DNA from: a virus
Taxonomy: Duplodnaviria; Heunggongvirae; Uroviricota; Caudoviricetes
Virus record (IMG/VR): IMGVR_UViG_2582581315_000004
Location: 25,802-89,801 of that record
DNA length: 64,000 bases
Reading direction: 5' to 3' (one strand)
The notes below the pieces were generated by a model, which worked only from the letters and a program-made list of their open reading frames with translations, was not told the DNA's origin and ran no database searches. Of this stretch, positions 1 to 9,578 are shown in pieces. Position 1 is the stretch's first letter. Each line of letters starts with the position of its first letter. The translations under genes and the position numbers were made by a program.

Positions 1-387
1 GAGTACAAATCGGCGATCATTTGGCGCAAGACGACCAAGAATGGAAAGGTGCGCATGGGGACGGGATATCGTGTCCGAACCATGCACGAACGGATCATAG
101 TGGCGACGACGGGCAACCCGAGTCACAAGGCTTTCAAGTCCGTCTTCGACGGCCTGGCCAGACAGCATAGCCGGAAGCCTGAAACATTTTATGACATCGT
201 TCGAAAATGCACGCCGGGAATGGATCGTGCAGACATGTTCACCCGGCAAACTCGCGAAGGTTTCACGAGTTGGGGCAGGGAGAGGACACTTTTCGACGCC
301 GGCGATCCGGTGTCGCTGAAGCGGACCAAAACCGCTTCTGAAGAGCGGGTACTTTCACCCATGCCGCTCTTCGAACCAGCTGTCTGA
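1..387 (+). CDS. MT-A70-family N6-adenine DNA methyltransferase, C-terminal part (5' end is outside the window)
   Basis: Frame 1 is open from base 1. The C-terminal motif ARQHSRKPE is typical of the MT-A70 family. Confidence 0.55.
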   Translation, partial: EYKSAIIWRKTTKNGKVRMGTGYRVRTMHERIIVATTGNPSHKAFKSVFDGLARQHSRKPETFYDIVRKCTPGMDRADMFTRQTREGFTSWGRERTLFDAGDPVSLKRTKTASEERVLSPMPLFEPAV

Positions 388-415
388 TTGGCAGCAAAGC
401 AGAAGGAAATATCAG

Positions 416-691
416 GTGAGCGTAAGCAAATCTGACATCGTCGCCAGGGTCTCGGAAGAGACGGGCGTTTCGAGGGCTATGGCTTCCAACATTATCACCA
501 AGGCTTTCGACCAGGTCGCTTCAGCGATCGCCACCGTCGGCGAGGTCAAGATCTATGGCCTGGGTCAATTCGTCGTGAAGTCGACGAAGGAGAGAACCGT
601 GCGCAACCCGGCCACCGGCGAAACGTTCGTCAAGCCGGCCGGCCGCAAGGTGTCGTTCAAACCTGCCTCTGAATTGAAGAAGGCGATCTGA
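416..691 (+). CDS. hup: HU/IHF-family nucleoid DNA-binding protein
   Basis: GLGQFVVKSTKERTVRNPATGETFVKPAGRKVSFKPASELK is a classic HU arm. Start is GTG at 416. Confidence 0.8.
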   Translation: MSVSKSDIVARVSEETGVSRAMASNIITKAFDQVASAIATVGEVKIYGLGQFVVKSTKERTVRNPATGETFVKPAGRKVSFKPASELKKAI

Positions 692-695
692 CACG

Positions 696-1286
696 ATGGG
701 ACGCAAACCGAAACTCACTGTCGTCGGCGGCCCAGGCCCGGCACAAGCTGGACCTGGCCACAACCTTTCGGAAGATCAGGCTCGCGGACTACATCTCAGC
801 AGTCATGTGCCGGCCTATGAAAAGGCCCTCGCAGCGAAGAAGAACGCCGATGCGGCTTTCAAGAACGTCTGCAAAACAATCAAATCGGAAGGCGGCAGCG
901 TCGACGACATCAAGTTGACGATCAAACTCCGGACTCCGGAAGGCGAGCAGGAGTTCAAGGAGCTTCTGAATCGTCAACGCCGCGTGGCCGAATGGAACAA
1001 CCTCCCGATCGGTCAACAGGGTTGGCTGCTGGATGAAGACCGGCGGCCAATCACCGAGCGCGCGAAGAAGGACGGAGAGAAGGCCGGCCTTGAAGGCAAG
1101 GATGCCAATCCTCCTCACGCACCTGGTACCGAAGCTCACGAGGCCTGGATGGCCGGCTGGCACGAAAGTCAATCGACCCTCGCCGGCGGCTTCAAGAAGG
1201 GACCGGCTACCGCCGAGGTTCTTCGCGATGCCAACAAGGCCGAAGAGAAGAAGGTCGATGAGTTCGATCAGAAAGCCAGCGAGTAA
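696..1286 (+). CDS. hypothetical protein (charged, coiled-coil-like)
   Basis: 196-aa ORF packed tightly after the HU gene. No recognisable motif. Confidence 0.45.
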   Translation: MGRKPKLTVVGGPGPAQAGPGHNLSEDQARGLHLSSHVPAYEKALAAKKNADAAFKNVCKTIKSEGGSVDDIKLTIKLRTPEGEQEFKELLNRQRRVAEWNNLPIGQQGWLLDEDRRPITERAKKDGEKAGLEGKDANPPHAPGTEAHEAWMAGWHESQSTLAGGFKKGPATAEVLRDANKAEEKKVDEFDQKASE

Positions 1287-1303
1287 CAACAGGGGCGCCG
1301 GAG

Positions 1304-2374
1304 ATGAGCCAGAACAAGTTGGCGAAACTCCGGAATGCCGATGTCTTCAAAGCGCTGATGCGTGTCTTGGATGAATATCGGATTCCGAAGGAAGACTACC
1401 ACGTTCTCGACAAGCGGCCGCACCCGATGCTGACGGTACGCTACTGCGGTGCGGAGCGGGAGATGTCGATACCGAGCACTCCGAAAACGCGTGGCAAGGC
1501 GCCAGTCGCTTATTCGGCGCAGCTCCGGCGCCTGTTGAAGGAAATGCAGATGGCGGCACTCGGCGGAGGCACCGTCCAAGGCACAGTCGCACAAGAGGTT
1601 TCTGACGTGCAGGAACAACCCAACCTTCCACTCATTTCACCATCCGCGCCGGCCGGTAATGCGCCTACGATGTCAACCCGCGAGATTGCGGAATTGCTTG
1701 ATATTCGCCACGATAGCGTGAAGCGAACGGTTGAGCGCCTGGCGCAGAAGCAGGTGGTCAGGTTTACACCGTTGGTGGAAACCTCTCATGCCGGCGCTGG
1801 TGCTCGGCCAGTAGAGGTGTATTTGGTCGATGAGCGCGACAGCTATGTGGTCGTCGCTCAACTTTCTCCCGAATTCACTGCCCGTCTGGTGGATTTCTGG
1901 CAGGGTCATAAAAACCAACAGCCAGTCAAGATCCCGACGACGGCGGAAGCATTCGCTCACGCTTTCCAGATGATCGCGAACGCTGAGCGAACGCAGATGG
2001 AGCAGGCTCGAGCACTCCAACGCCTTGAAGAGAAGGTGGAGCGCGTTGAGATCGCGCAATCCGTCATGCGCGCACGTCCAGGCAATGCGGAAGGGATCAC
2101 GCATATCCGAATTCGAATAGGCAAGATGCACGGCCTTTCGATATCGGTGATCGATGAGGTGATGCGGCAATCGCCGTACGCGCCGAAGCCAGCGGGAATG
2201 GTTCGGAACGACCACGTGGACGCAGATGGCTCGCTCTATGCCGTCTACTGGCAGAAGGATGTCACCGCGACGTTCAATCGCTTCGTGGCAGAGTGCGTCT
2301 CGGTCACCGCCCTGATGTTTACGCATCCGTTTATAGAAGGCCGCTTCCGCGTTGCCGGGAAGGTGCCGGCATGA
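1304..2374 (+). CDS. Rha-family phage regulatory protein / antirepressor-like
   Basis: Central motif MSTREIAELLDIRHDSVKRTVERL resembles the Phage_pRha domain. The C-terminal part looks antirepressor-like. Confidence 0.55.
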   Translation: MSQNKLAKLRNADVFKALMRVLDEYRIPKEDYHVLDKRPHPMLTVRYCGAEREMSIPSTPKTRGKAPVAYSAQLRRLLKEMQMAALGGGTVQGTVAQEVSDVQEQPNLPLISPSAPAGNAPTMSTREIAELLDIRHDSVKRTVERLAQKQVVRFTPLVETSHAGAGARPVEVYLVDERDSYVVVAQLSPEFTARLVDFWQGHKNQQPVKIPTTAEAFAHAFQMIANAERTQMEQARALQRLEEKVERVEIAQSVMRARPGNAEGITHIRIRIGKMHGLSISVIDEVMRQSPYAPKPAGMVRNDHVDADGSLYAVYWQKDVTATFNRFVAECVSVTALMFTHPFIEGRFRVAGKVPA

Positions 2375-3105
2375 CGGGCGTCTATGTCGGGCTCGATGTT
2401 GCGACCACGACTGGGGCCACAGCATACGTCGATAGCAAATATATCGCGTCATCCTTCACCGCAGCGGCACCATACAAGCAGAAGACCAAGAAGGAGCGGG
2501 TAGAAGAAGCGCTCGGGATGAATGTTTCATCGCTGGATGCGATGTTAACGGGAGCCATCCTCGACGACTTTGAGCGCCGCCTCACAATCTACCTTATTGA
2601 GGTGACGGAGCAATTTGGCCAGATCCTCGCCGTCGGTATCGAGAAGCCGCTGGTGCCTAACCACGAGCGAAAGAGAACTGTCGTCGACACATCTACGGAG
2701 TGGGCCGGGAAAGCCATACGACGTGAGACCGTCGCTGGAACGAATGAAGCGACTATCCACCGCGCAAATGCTCTAGCGGCGACTGCAGCCAAGGTTTGCG
2801 CGCGCCTCAATATCCCGTGCGAATACATCGATCAAACGACCTGGAGAAAGGACTTTCTCGGCAACGGCCGGCCGGGCGATAGCGCGACTTGCAAGAAGCT
2901 GGCAATGCAGATGTGCAAGACGCTCGGGATTGCTGTCCCGAATGCCGACGGAGCCGAGAGCGTCGGTGTTTGCTACTCATTGGTCCTGAAGAAGAATCCG
3001 TATGGCGGTCGAGCGAACGATCTGTTCAGCGCCAAGAAGCCGTTGCCGAAGACGCCGGCGCAAGAGGACGCTTTGGCCAAGGCCGAGGCATTGTTCAAAA
3101 AGTGA
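2371..3105 (+). CDS. RuvC-like Holliday junction resolvase
   Basis: N-terminus VYVGLDVATTTGATAY matches the RuvC catalytic Asp motif. The ATG overlaps the upstream stop (ATGA). Confidence 0.6.
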   Translation: MTGVYVGLDVATTTGATAYVDSKYIASSFTAAAPYKQKTKKERVEEALGMNVSSLDAMLTGAILDDFERRLTIYLIEVTEQFGQILAVGIEKPLVPNHERKRTVVDTSTEWAGKAIRRETVAGTNEATIHRANALAATAAKVCARLNIPCEYIDQTTWRKDFLGNGRPGDSATCKKLAMQMCKTLGIAVPNADGAESVGVCYSLVLKKNPYGGRANDLFSAKKPLPKTPAQEDALAKAEALFKK

Positions 3106-3113
3106 GTCAATGA

Positions 3114-3698
3114 ATGCGCCGTAATTGGCAAACGATGACTGCTGACGAGAAGGTCAAGGTCCTTTCGATCTTCACCTCTAGCGCAATGAGTGCGACCAAG
3201 ATCGCGGAACAGTTCGATGGCGCATCGAGGAATGCCATCATAGGGTTTTGCCATCGGAATAAACTAACCCTCAAAGGCGGTGGTCTAAAGAAGAAGAGCA
3301 CGCGCGCGGCCAGAACCGGCAATGTTGTTCCGCTCGAGCGAGCTAAGTGTCGCCCGAAGAAGCCCAGTGCGGTTGCGGTGAATGAAAGCGCAAACAAGGT
3401 CGTCGTCCTGCCGGTACGAAAGGCACAAAGAGCGCCGGTGAAGCGGCAGCCAGTGAACATTCTACAGCTGACGTCTGACACATGTCGTGCCCCTCTCAAT
3501 GATGAGTACCGCGGGCTTAATGCAGTTCAGATGATGTTCTGTGGCGAGGTCACTGCGCCCGGAAGCTCCTGGTGCAAAGCATGTCAGCGCAGGTTGACCG
3601 TCGGTCGTGCGCCGATGCGAAGAGTGGTCGATGAGAATGGCGAGCCGTTGAAGCCAACAGAGAGGAAGCGGAGGCCGTTTCATAGTTGGCTTCGCTAA
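3114..3698 (+). CDS. GcrA-like cell-cycle regulator homologue
   Basis: N-terminus SATKIAEQFDGASRNAIIGFCHRNKL resembles the GcrA HTH region. The C-terminal part is also GcrA-like. Start is uncertain (3114 or 3135). Confidence 0.55.
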   Translation: MRRNWQTMTADEKVKVLSIFTSSAMSATKIAEQFDGASRNAIIGFCHRNKLTLKGGGLKKKSTRAARTGNVVPLERAKCRPKKPSAVAVNESANKVVVLPVRKAQRAPVKRQPVNILQLTSDTCRAPLNDEYRGLNAVQMMFCGEVTAPGSSWCKACQRRLTVGRAPMRRVVDENGEPLKPTERKRRPFHSWLR

Positions 3699-4096
3699 AT
3701 GACTTTCCGATCGCTGATGTGCTCCGGTTCATCCGATCTATCGCTGACCGATGTTGGGATAAGAGCGGCGCCATCTACCAGGAGATCATTGTCATCCTGA
3801 GTATCGAAGAGGCGCGGATGATATGGGCTGCATCAAAATGGATTGAGGTGTTGCTGTTTGCTGAAGTCAGAAGCATTGGCGACAACGGATTTAGCCTTGA
3901 GGAGCTTCAATGGATGCTCTTCGAAAAGATCCATGGCCTGAAGTGCCAGGATGCAGTTGAGAAAGTTCTCGGCCTCGATCGGCGAGAAATGAAAATGATA
4001 ATGGATATCGAGACGCACCTTGATCGGTACGCCTCGAGGGCGAGCAATCCGCCGGCAAAGAAGTGGTCGGGTTCGAAGAAGGGAAAGAAGAATTGA
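3686..4096 (+). CDS. hypothetical protein
   Basis: 136-aa ORF with a start that overlaps the upstream stop. Confidence 0.4.
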   Translation: MASLNDFPIADVLRFIRSIADRCWDKSGAIYQEIIVILSIEEARMIWAASKWIEVLLFAEVRSIGDNGFSLEELQWMLFEKIHGLKCQDAVEKVLGLDRREMKMIMDIETHLDRYASRASNPPAKKWSGSKKGKKN

Positions 4097-4101
4097 GTAC
4101 C

Positions 4102-6351
4102 ATGAATCTCTTTGGTGAGGTGTCAGAAACGCCGGCTCCGATGAAGCGGCTTGGGCCGACCGGGTTTGTGCGTGCGGCTCGCGTCCCGTTCGAATGTCCG
4201 CCGCCCGAGAAGTTTGGAGCGCGCCGGGTGCTCAATGTCGACTCCTTCGCGGGCGGAGGCGGAGCCAGCAACGGTATCGAGGCGGCATTGGAGGTACTTT
4301 GGGAACTTGAGCTGCTGCCGCCTGAGCATAGCCGGAAGGTCGATTTCGCCATCAACCACAACGAGCCGGCGCTCGCCATGCATGAAGCCAACCATCCGGA
4401 GACGGTGCATCTGCCGCACAATGTCTGGAAGGTCTCGATGCGCGAGATCCTTGGCGACAATCTCTTTGGTATCTTGTGGCTGTCGCCCGATTGCCGAGAT
4501 CATTCGCCGGCCAAGGGCGGCCCGATTACGTCACGTTCGGTGCGCGATCTTGCCTGGGTGCTGGTGCGATGGCTGAAAGAACTGCCTGACTGGCAGCGGC
4601 CGCGGCTGATCTGCCTGGAAAACGTGCCGGCCTTCTCGAAATGGAGTCCGCTGATCGACCATCCTGATGGCGGCTATAAACGTGATGAATCGCGTCTCGG
4701 GGAGATCTTCCATCGCTTCGTCATGGCGATCGCCGGCTTCGGCTATTCTGTCGGCTGGACAGAGCTTGTCGCCTGCGAGCACGGAGATCCGACAATACGC
4801 CGGCGATTGCAGATGGTGATGCGCCGCGATGGCGAACGCACTGAATGGCCGGCGCCGACGCATGGCGACCCGAAATCCGATGCCGTAGCGTCCGGCGAAT
4901 TGGAACCATGGCCTGTGGCAGCGGACATCATCGATTTCGACCGGCCGTGCCCGTCGGTCCTGATGACGAAGGAAGAGGCCAAGGCGTATACGCGTGAAAC
5001 CGGTATCAAGATCATCAGGCCGCTTGCCTTCAAGACGGATGCTCGTCTCGCCAAAGGCGTGAAGCGCCATGTGCTGGGGGCGGTAGAGCCTTTCATTGTG
5101 ACCTGCAATCATGGTGGGGAAGGTTTTCGCGGACAGTGCCTGCAGGTTCCGCTTGCGACAGTGACGCGGGCGAGGGATGCGCACGGTCTCGTCGTCCCTC
5201 ACGTAGTGGCATTCCGTGGAGACCAGATAGGCCGACCAGCGAACGTTCCCTTGTCGACTGTGACCGCCAACAGTTTCCTTAAGCGGCCGGGTGGTGCATC
5301 GCCGCTCGGGTTGGCGGAAACGACAATCGCTCCATTCGTGAGCTATGGCCAGCATGGCGGCCGCAGTCGTTCGGGCCTGGATCCCCTCCATACTGTCAAG
5401 GCCTCTACCAAGGATCAGAACCAGGTCGTAGCGGCCGCTATCGCTCCATTTATCGCCCAGCACAATAGCGATCGCAAGCAGAGCGGCGTTGATTACGCCA
5501 GGGCTGGCCGGCCAGTTGATCAGCCGCTTGGCACTCCGACCACCAGTCCGACGCAGGCGCTCACCGCACTCTATCTCGCTCAGCACAACACCGACATGAT
5601 CGGGCACGATATGCTCAAGCCGGTGTCGACGATCGTCCAGAAGGCCTGCACTCAGGGGCTGGTTTCTGCGACCTTCATCAAGCGCGACTTCGGAAATTCT
5701 ATTGGGTCGGCGATGGGCACGCCTATCGGCGCGCTGACGGCGGGCGGCGGTGGGAAGGCGGAGATCGTCGCTGCGCACATGATGTCGTTGAAGGGCAGCA
5801 GCCGGCGAGACGGAAGCTGCAAGGCTCCGCATCCGGCGGTTTGCGCCAGCGGTCAGCACTCGGCGGTCGTCACCCTACCGCTGATGACGGCTTATTATTC
5901 GACCGGCGGCCAGAGCGCGGCCATCGACAGCCCAATGCTCGCGGTTCCGACGAAGGCACGTTTCGGCCTCACCGAGGCGGATGCGGCTAGACCGCCGTTG
6001 TCGGATAGGCAGCTAGACCGCGCTCGTATGGTGGCCGACTTCTTGCGCCGGCATGATTGCTGGGACGAGCGCGAATTCGTGACGCTGATGATCGGCGGTG
6101 AGACTTATATCGTCATCGATATCGGCATGAGGATGCTGACGCCGCGCGAACTCGCCCGGGCGCAGGGCTTTCCCGATTCATACGTCCTTGCGGCGCCGTA
6201 TCGGGGTGGCACGCTTTCGGAGACCGAACAGCGGCACAAGATCGGCAATTCCGTCTGCGAGCGTCCGGCGGCAGCATCGATAATCGTGAACTACCGTCCA
6301 ATTGGAGCATGGGGGTCATCTCCGGATGTGTTCATGGAGGCGGCCGAGTGA
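4102..6351 (+). CDS. DNA (cytosine-5)-methyltransferase
   Basis: Motif I FAGGGGASNG, motif IV SPDCRDHS (Cys present), ENV motif LENVPAF, motif IX-X TPRELARAQGFPDSY...IGNSV. Confidence 0.75.
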   Translation: MNLFGEVSETPAPMKRLGPTGFVRAARVPFECPPPEKFGARRVLNVDSFAGGGGASNGIEAALEVLWELELLPPEHSRKVDFAINHNEPALAMHEANHPETVHLPHNVWKVSMREILGDNLFGILWLSPDCRDHSPAKGGPITSRSVRDLAWVLVRWLKELPDWQRPRLICLENVPAFSKWSPLIDHPDGGYKRDESRLGEIFHRFVMAIAGFGYSVGWTELVACEHGDPTIRRRLQMVMRRDGERTEWPAPTHGDPKSDAVASGELEPWPVAADIIDFDRPCPSVLMTKEEAKAYTRETGIKIIRPLAFKTDARLAKGVKRHVLGAVEPFIVTCNHGGEGFRGQCLQVPLATVTRARDAHGLVVPHVVAFRGDQIGRPANVPLSTVTANSFLKRPGGASPLGLAETTIAPFVSYGQHGGRSRSGLDPLHTVKASTKDQNQVVAAAIAPFIAQHNSDRKQSGVDYARAGRPVDQPLGTPTTSPTQALTALYLAQHNTDMIGHDMLKPVSTIVQKACTQGLVSATFIKRDFGNSIGSAMGTPIGALTAGGGGKAEIVAAHMMSLKGSSRRDGSCKAPHPAVCASGQHSAVVTLPLMTAYYSTGGQSAAIDSPMLAVPTKARFGLTEADAARPPLSDRQLDRARMVADFLRRHDCWDEREFVTLMIGGETYIVIDIGMRMLTPRELARAQGFPDSYVLAAPYRGGTLSETEQRHKIGNSVCERPAAASIIVNYRPIGAWGSSPDVFMEAAE

Positions 6352-6704
6352 GCGACATTGGTGTCCTCGAGATCAAAAAGCTCATCCAGTCTCGCCGTTT
6401 CTCTTTGTCTGATGAGAAGAAGCTCCAGGCCGAGATTGAAACCGAGCTTCTTGCTGCCGGCATCGAGCACAAGCGCGAGCACCGGCTCGATGCCAACAAT
6501 ATCATAGACTTCATGATCGGCAGCACCGGCATCGAGGTGAAGATCAAAGGCTCGAAGCTCAACATCTATCGTCAGATCGAGCGCTACGCAGGTTTCGACA
6601 TGATCAAGCGCCTCATCCTCGTCACCAACGTTCCAATGGGCATGCCAGAGCTCGTGAAGGGCAAGCCCGTCTATATCGTGAATCTCGCAAAGGCATGGCT
6701 GTGA
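6348..6704 (+). CDS. small PD-(D/E)xK nuclease-like protein
   Basis: GTG start overlaps the methyltransferase stop (GTGA). DFMIGSTGIEVKIK fits a D...ExK nuclease core. Confidence 0.35.
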   Translation: MSDIGVLEIKKLIQSRRFSLSDEKKLQAEIETELLAAGIEHKREHRLDANNIIDFMIGSTGIEVKIKGSKLNIYRQIERYAGFDMIKRLILVTNVPMGMPELVKGKPVYIVNLAKAWL

Positions 6705-7186
6705 CCTACCAATCAGATCGCCAAATCATCGAAGCACTTCTTCCAATCCGTCTTTTCGCAGTGGTCATCGCTGAAGGCATGGAAGACCCTGATGGGAATG
6801 ACGCCCTTACGCTCATGACGTGGCTTCGCCAGGCACAAGACGAAATCCTCGCAGGACTCACTCCGAAGAAGGCTGAGGCTGTGTTGCGGCGGGCCGGGCG
6901 GGCGGCAGGGATTGCAAAAAGGCCGTTTGTTGAAGCCAATGCGGCAGTGGCTAAGTTCGGTCTCTGCGTCTTCTATCTGCTTGATTGCCTTCGACGCAAC
7001 CGGGTCTTTGGTCTCATCGACGACAGCGCCTTTGACAAGGCCGTCTCCGCAGTTTTGGCGCCGGACGGAACCGTGACCGAGCTCGCGAATATTCCGAAGG
7101 TAGACAGCTCGGCGCAGAAGCAGGCCAAGCACATGCTTGAGGCGCTGAAAGGCGAAGGCTATTTCCAGGGGGTCGACTGGGAATGA
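6695..7186 (+). CDS. hypothetical protein
   Basis: 163-aa ORF with overlapping start and stop. Confidence 0.45.
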   Translation: MAVTYQSDRQIIEALLPIRLFAVVIAEGMEDPDGNDALTLMTWLRQAQDEILAGLTPKKAEAVLRRAGRAAGIAKRPFVEANAAVAKFGLCVFYLLDCLRRNRVFGLIDDSAFDKAVSAVLAPDGTVTELANIPKVDSSAQKQAKHMLEALKGEGYFQGVDWE

Positions 7187-7926
7187 CTCTGAACCTTTTT
7201 GCGGGTATGGGGACCCACCAGAGCGCGCGATCGAAAACCGATGTGTGGTTCACACCGCCCGCGATCATTGAAGCGCTTGGCGGCCCAGATTCCTTTGATC
7301 TGGATCCGTGCAGTTCAGTCGAGCGCCCATGGCCGACTGCGCGGCGGCATTTCACGCCTGAAGACAATGGTCTGATGCGACCTTGGCAGGGCCGCGTATG
7401 GATGAACCCTCCATATTCTACGCAGCTCCTGCGCAAATTCATGGCACGCATGGCGGAACATGACCACGGCGTGGCGCTTGTATTCGCGCGGACCGAGACC
7501 GATCCTTTCCACCGGTATGTCTGGGGAGCTGCCTCGGGCCTTCTATTCGTGCGGGGTCGGCTCAACTTTCATCGCATCGACGGCGAGCCGGCACGCAAAA
7601 ATGGTGGTGCTCCGTCGGTGCTGATCGCCTACGGCGACGAGGACCGAGATATCCTGGCTGCCGCGCCGATTGACGGCACCTTCGTGGCTCTGCGCTTCCA
7701 GAAGTTTGTTCTGGTGTCGGCCCTCAATCAAACCTGGGCTTCAGCTCTCGAGGAGTTCTTCGAGCGCCACCGCGGGCCAGTCCACCTTCAGGATCTGTAT
7801 CGAGCCTTCGTCATGCATCCAAAGGCGCGTCGAAACGCTCATTGGCGGGACAAGCTGAGGCAGGTGCTTCAGCGCGGGCAATTCGAACGGGTTTCGAAGG
7901 GGCTCTGGCAGAGGAGGAACGTGTGA
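7183..7926 (+). CDS. phage Dam-family DNA N6-adenine methyltransferase
   Basis: FDLDPC followed by WMNPPYS (NPPY catalytic motif). The layout matches the phage N-6-adenine-methyltransferase family. Confidence 0.7.
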   Translation: MTLNLFAGMGTHQSARSKTDVWFTPPAIIEALGGPDSFDLDPCSSVERPWPTARRHFTPEDNGLMRPWQGRVWMNPPYSTQLLRKFMARMAEHDHGVALVFARTETDPFHRYVWGAASGLLFVRGRLNFHRIDGEPARKNGGAPSVLIAYGDEDRDILAAAPIDGTFVALRFQKFVLVSALNQTWASALEEFFERHRGPVHLQDLYRAFVMHPKARRNAHWRDKLRQVLQRGQFERVSKGLWQRRNV

Positions 7927-9578
7927 AACTACAGGCTTCCTACGGCCATCTCGCGTTGGATGGCAATCGCTGGATTCTCAGCGAGGTCCCGCCTCATGTC
8001 GCCATCCGCCTGAAGAACATGTTCCAGCGGATCTCCAAGACGCAGACGAAGACCTTCACGTTGCCGGCATCCGATGAGATGTCGGCCGACCTGTATTGGT
8101 TCATGGAACGCTACCCGTTCCAGATGAGCCCGGCCGACGCGCGCGCGCTCAAACGGCGGGTGAAAAGCTTCGCTGATGATCGCGCTGCAACTGAGGCAAT
8201 CCTGTTGCCCGGCTGGGAGGCGCCGGCGATCCGAGGCTTCAGACCCGGCAAGGGACTGCGTTTCCCACAGGCGCAAGCATTCGAACTTGTGAAGCGTCGT
8301 GGAAGTCTGCTCCTCGGCGACGATGTCGGTTTCGGCAAAACGTTCGTGGCAATGGCCCGGGCGATGGAGCGTCAACCGACTGCTGTCGTTGTGCAGGCCC
8401 ACTTGGCCACGCAATGGGTGAACAAGTTCATCGTCCCGAATACCGAACTGACGGCCCATATCATCGACGGGACGCAGCCATACAGTCTTCCCAAGGCGGA
8501 TACATACATCTTCAGATATTCGAACATTCACGGTTGGAGCGACGTGGCAGCGACCGGCTATTTCAAGCTTGTCGCATATGACGAAATTCAGGATCTGCGA
8601 ACCGGCGACACGAGTGAAAAGGGAAAGGCAGCTCGAGTCTTCTCGAACAATGCTGAGGAGCGTCTAGGACTCTCGGCCACGCCGGTTTTCAACTACGGCT
8701 CCGAGATCTGGAACATCATGTCCTACATTGACGCGGATCTCCTCGGCCCATGGGAAGAATTTATCCGCGAATGGTGTCATATGGGCGCCAGCGATAAATG
8801 GATGGTGACGGATCCAGACGCGCTCGGCTCGTACCTCAGGGAAGCCGGTGCGTTTCTCCGCCGTGTGCGCGACGGGCGGCCAATCAATCGCATCGTGGTC
8901 GAAGTCGCCTACGATCACGGCGAGGCGGCGAAGACCGAAGATCTCGCTCGATCTCTCGCGATGAAGGTTCTTGATGGCGATTTCGGCGAAAGCGGACAGG
9001 CGGCTCGTGAGTTAGACGCACTAGCTCGGCGTGTTACCGGAATGGCCAAGGCGAAGAGCGTCGCAGCTTATGCGAAAATCCTCCTATCGTCGGGTATCCC
9101 GATCATTTTGGCTGGTTGGCATCGCGACGTCTATTCTGTGTGGCTGGAGGAGCTGAAAGAATACCGTCCGCTCATGTACACCGGCACGGAGACCTCTCGA
9201 CAGAAAGACAAGGCTGTCGCGGCCTACCTTCGCGGTGAAAGCAATTGCTTCATCATCTCGCTCCGTTCGGGCGCCGGCCTTGATGGACTTCAGGCTCGAT
9301 GCTCGACGGTGATCGTCGGTGAGCTTGATTGGTCCCCGCAGATCTATGAGCAATTGTTCGGCCGCGTCGATCGCGAGGGGCAGAAGCAAGACGAGATCAC
9401 TGCCATTTTCTGCACCTGCGATTTTGGCTCGGATCCAACGGTGATGGCGGTCAATGCGGTGAAGCGTGACCAGGCGCGGGGCATCACTGACCCGGGCGTC
9501 GGCGTCGTGCCTGTCCATACGGACGTCTCTCACATCAAACTCCTCGCTCAAAAATACCTTGAGAGGAGCAGCGCATGA
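7923..9578 (+). CDS. SNF2/DEAD-like helicase
   Basis: Walker A LLGDDVGFGKT, DExQ motif AYDEIQDL, motif VI QLFGRVDREGQ. GTG at 7923 follows GGAGGA; an alternative ATG lies at 7842. Confidence 0.75.
   Translation: MKLQASYGHLALDGNRWILSEVPPHVAIRLKNMFQRISKTQTKTFTLPASDEMSADLYWFMERYPFQMSPADARALKRRVKSFADDRAATEAILLPGWEAPAIRGFRPGKGLRFPQAQAFELVKRRGSLLLGDDVGFGKTFVAMARAMERQPTAVVVQAHLATQWVNKFIVPNTELTAHIIDGTQPYSLPKADTYIFRYSNIHGWSDVAATGYFKLVAYDEIQDLRTGDTSEKGKAARVFSNNAEERLGLSATPVFNYGSEIWNIMSYIDADLLGPWEEFIREWCHMGASDKWMVTDPDALGSYLREAGAFLRRVRDGRPINRIVVEVAYDHGEAAKTEDLARSLAMKVLDGDFGESGQAARELDALARRVTGMAKAKSVAAYAKILLSSGIPIILAGWHRDVYSVWLEELKEYRPLMYTGTETSRQKDKAVAAYLRGESNCFIISLRSGAGLDGLQARCSTVIVGELDWSPQIYEQLFGRVDREGQKQDEITAIFCTCDFGSDPTVMAVNAVKRDQARGITDPGVGVVPVHTDVSHIKLLAQKYLERSSA

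Noticed and set aside
4531-5859. 442-aa minus-strand ORF
   Set aside because: It lies entirely antisense to the well-supported C5 methyltransferase gene. It is a high-GC artefact with no RBS.
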